Part shown: in pieces, positions 45,261 to 46,735 of the stretch | Layout of the letters: each line of letters opens with the position of its first letter | Position numbering within the stretch: the stretch's first letter is position 1 | Virus record (IMG/VR): IMGVR_UViG_3300025653_003050 | Span: 1 to 46,735 of that record | DNA: 46,735 nucleotides | Direction: 5' to 3' (one strand) | DNA from: a virus | Lineage: Duplodnaviria; Caudoviricetes | Notes under the pieces: generated by a model | Databases searched by the model: none | The model's input: the letters and a program-made list of their open reading frames with translations, nothing else | Told to the model about the DNA's origin: nothing | Translations under genes and position numbers: made by a program

Positions 45261-45319
45261 AGTATCGCATGAAAAAGGGAGGGCGTCAACCCTCCCCAAC
45301 CAGTTCTTCAACTGTCACC
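45261..45319 (-). promoter_or_regulatory. Palindrome-box promoter 14 with canonical -35
   Basis: TTGACG-N17-GATACT; box CCAACCAGTT-CTTC-AACTGTCACC 45296-319; gap 29. Confidence 0.75.
45272..45296 (-). terminator. Intrinsic terminator
   Basis: GGGAGGG-TTGACG-CCCTCCC-TTTTT. Confidence 0.8.
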
Positions 45320-45466
45320 CCAGATCGGGTGGAGTTCAGTTTTAGCATGTAATGTCTTATTAACATGCTGCTCCCACATAATCGCATCCTCTAGATTGTA
45401 GAAAATAGCTTGTTGTTTCGTCTTCTTGTTCTTCTTTTGTTTCATCCACACAACTGCGTACTTCAT
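45308..45466 (-). CDS. Hypothetical protein (52 aa; not in track)
   Basis: MKYAVVWMKQKKNKKTKQQAIFYNLEDAIMWEQHV...; ends just before the terminator. Confidence 0.55.
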   Translation of the reverse strand: MKYAVVWMKQKKNKKTKQQAIFYNLEDAIMWEQHVNKTLHAKTELHPIWGDS

Positions 45467-45629
45467 GCCAATATTCACGAAAAACTAAAAGATTTGCTTG
45501 GTAACGACCAGTTCTGGTATGTTTGTCTGGTCGATCAATAAAACAGATTGTGATATAGTCATCACAAATAAAATTTACCCAACCTTTGGTATGTTGGTAT
45601 TGAACTGGTGTTCCATATTCAAATTTCAT
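45360..45629 (-). CDS. Hypothetical protein
   Basis: 89 aa, GWVNFICDDYITIC. Confidence 0.65.
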   Translation of the reverse strand: MKFEYGTPVQYQHTKGWVNFICDDYITICFIDRPDKHTRTGRYQANLLVFREYWHEVRSCVDETKEEQEDETTSYFLQSRGCDYVGAAC

Positions 45630-45771
45630 GATGAGATAATTGTCTCTTCAGTTCTACATCAAGAGTAATGAGATGAGAATAAAGATATCTCTCATACTCA
45701 TTATCCTTGAGCAATTGTACCAGATTATCAACCTGCTGTAAAGCGAGGATCAGTTTAGTTTTCTCATCCAT
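45619..45771 (-). CDS. Hypothetical protein
   Basis: ATG 45771 (MDEKTKLILAL...ELKRQL). Confidence 0.65.
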   Translation of the reverse strand: MDEKTKLILALQQVDNLVQLLKDNEYERYLYSHLITLDVELKRQLSHHEI

Positions 45772-46057
45772 TCCAGGATTCGGCAGGAGGTTCAACATCA
45801 TCATTTTCTGTGCTGGACTTGCCATGAACCAGCAGCAGGGCACCCTCCGCCTTTTCAGCGAAGGATTTATGGTAAGTGTTCATCTCCACGATAATATCGC
45901 GCAGATCATTATAGAATTCAAGGATACTAGTGTCCTTATCATCCAAATAGTCATGAACAGCATCAGTCAAGCGATCTTTACGCTGCTTACGATACTGCTT
46001 TTCCCAATCTACATTCATTTCAGGGCGCCCTTCAATTACAAATTCGTGTCCAGTCAT
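45764..46057 (-). CDS. Hypothetical protein
   Basis: 97 aa, coupled. Confidence 0.7.
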   Translation of the reverse strand: MTGHEFVIEGRPEMNVDWEKQYRKQRKDRLTDAVHDYLDDKDTSILEFYNDLRDIIVEMNTYHKSFAEKAEGALLLVHGKSSTENDDVEPPAESWNG

Positions 46058-46239
46058 TAGTTGAACTCCTCATTACGGCGACGGTCAAGGTATTCTAGCA
46101 CTTCTGAGCGCCATTCCATCAACTCATGGAAACATTCTTGGTTGTGAGCACACTGACGCAGTTGTGAGTCAGGTTTCAATACGCTTTCGTAGAACAAACC
46201 CAGAGCATCGCGTCTCTTTTCGTGCTTTTGGTGATCCAT
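46057..46239 (-). CDS. Hypothetical protein
   Basis: 60 aa, LFYESVLKPDSQLRQCAHNQECFHELME. Confidence 0.7.
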   Translation of the reverse strand: MDHQKHEKRRDALGLFYESVLKPDSQLRQCAHNQECFHELMEWRSEVLEYLDRRRNEEFN

Positions 46240-46314
46240 GGTAGTCTAACGTAGTATTACTATTTTAGATTGTTTTGTGAGGATATCAACGTATCCTCAC
46301 ACTATCTTTACATT

Positions 46315-46735
46315 TCAGATAAACTCAGTGGCAGCGACACCTTTGACAAAGATGGCATCCACAACACGCTGGAGACGCTTCTCAGTCTGCTTACCATAGT
46401 TGGTGAAGACAGGCACAGTCACGAAACCAGTGCGCTTGCGATAGAAATCAAGTTTGCCAGCAGGGATCTTACCAGCAGCGATGTCAGCAGCATCCTGGCG
46501 ATCAAGACGAATCACACGTCCAATAGTCTGCGCCATCTCGATCACAGGCAGGTTGCGAAGGAGAATAGTATGGGTAAGACCAGGCACGTTGATACCTTCA
46601 GACAGGATGCTATAGTGGAACATGATGAACTTACGGCTGGGATCTTTACCCCAGGCATCAAGAGTGTCAAAGAACTCTTGACGACCAACCTTACGCTTAT
46701 TCACATAAGCACCGTGCTTGCTGGTGATGTGAAGA
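46315..46735 (-). CDS. SF2 (DEAD/DEAH-like) helicase, C-terminal part, 5'-partial
   Basis: Motif V ILSEGINVP and motif VI QTIGRVIR; frame stays open to the window edge (LHITSKHGAYVNKR). Confidence 0.85.
   Translation of the reverse strand, partial: LHITSKHGAYVNKRKVGRQEFFDTLDAWGKDPSRKFIMFHYSILSEGINVPGLTHTILLRNLPVIEMAQTIGRVIRLDRQDAADIAAGKIPAGKLDFYRKRTGFVTVPVFTNYGKQTEKRLQRVVDAIFVKGVAATEFI

Noticed and set aside
32109-45319. Boxes as NtcA/CRP sites, CRISPR repeats or integron attC sites
   Set aside because: Half-site spacing does not fit NtcA or CRP; copies are degenerate and gene-spaced; they are too short for attC and no integrase is present
1-46735. tRNA, rRNA, introns, photosynthesis genes
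   Set aside because: None recognised by eye; a covariance-model scan would be needed to exclude RNAs

Overview
Fragment of a T4-like cyanomyovirus genome (inferred from gene content); every credible gene is on the minus strand. Left two-thirds (1-31.2 kb): AT-rich late structural block with a repeat-expanded tail fibre running off the left edge, a fibre-like protein, a 2730-aa VrlC/DUF4815-type protein, baseplate gp8, gp7, gp6, gp25, a PAAR tip protein and several (N)ATAAATA late promoters. Right third (31.3-46.7 kb): a dense array of about 50 small ORFs of early-region type. It includes an orphan HicA-like gene, AbrB-like and KTSC-like genes, EndoVII-type and GIY-YIG-like endonucleases (an HNH gene marks the boundary), a beta-class DNA methyltransferase coupled to a candidate PD-(D/E)xK nuclease, and a partial SF2 helicase. 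Main hidden structure: (1) 14 copies of a degenerate 24-bp palindrome (TGTGMCASTT-N4-AASTGKCACA), each 28-30 bp upstream of a -10 hexamer and often overlapping the stop codon of the preceding gene. (2) A probably non-coding element at 35.1-35.3 kb with three cyanobacterial-type DnaA boxes, three inverted repeats and an AT-rich tract between a promoter and the KTSC-like gene; candidate replication origin or structured RNA. (3) A hairpin with an internal late promoter that could gate translation of the GIY-YIG-like endonuclease. All calls are by eye; no searches were run.
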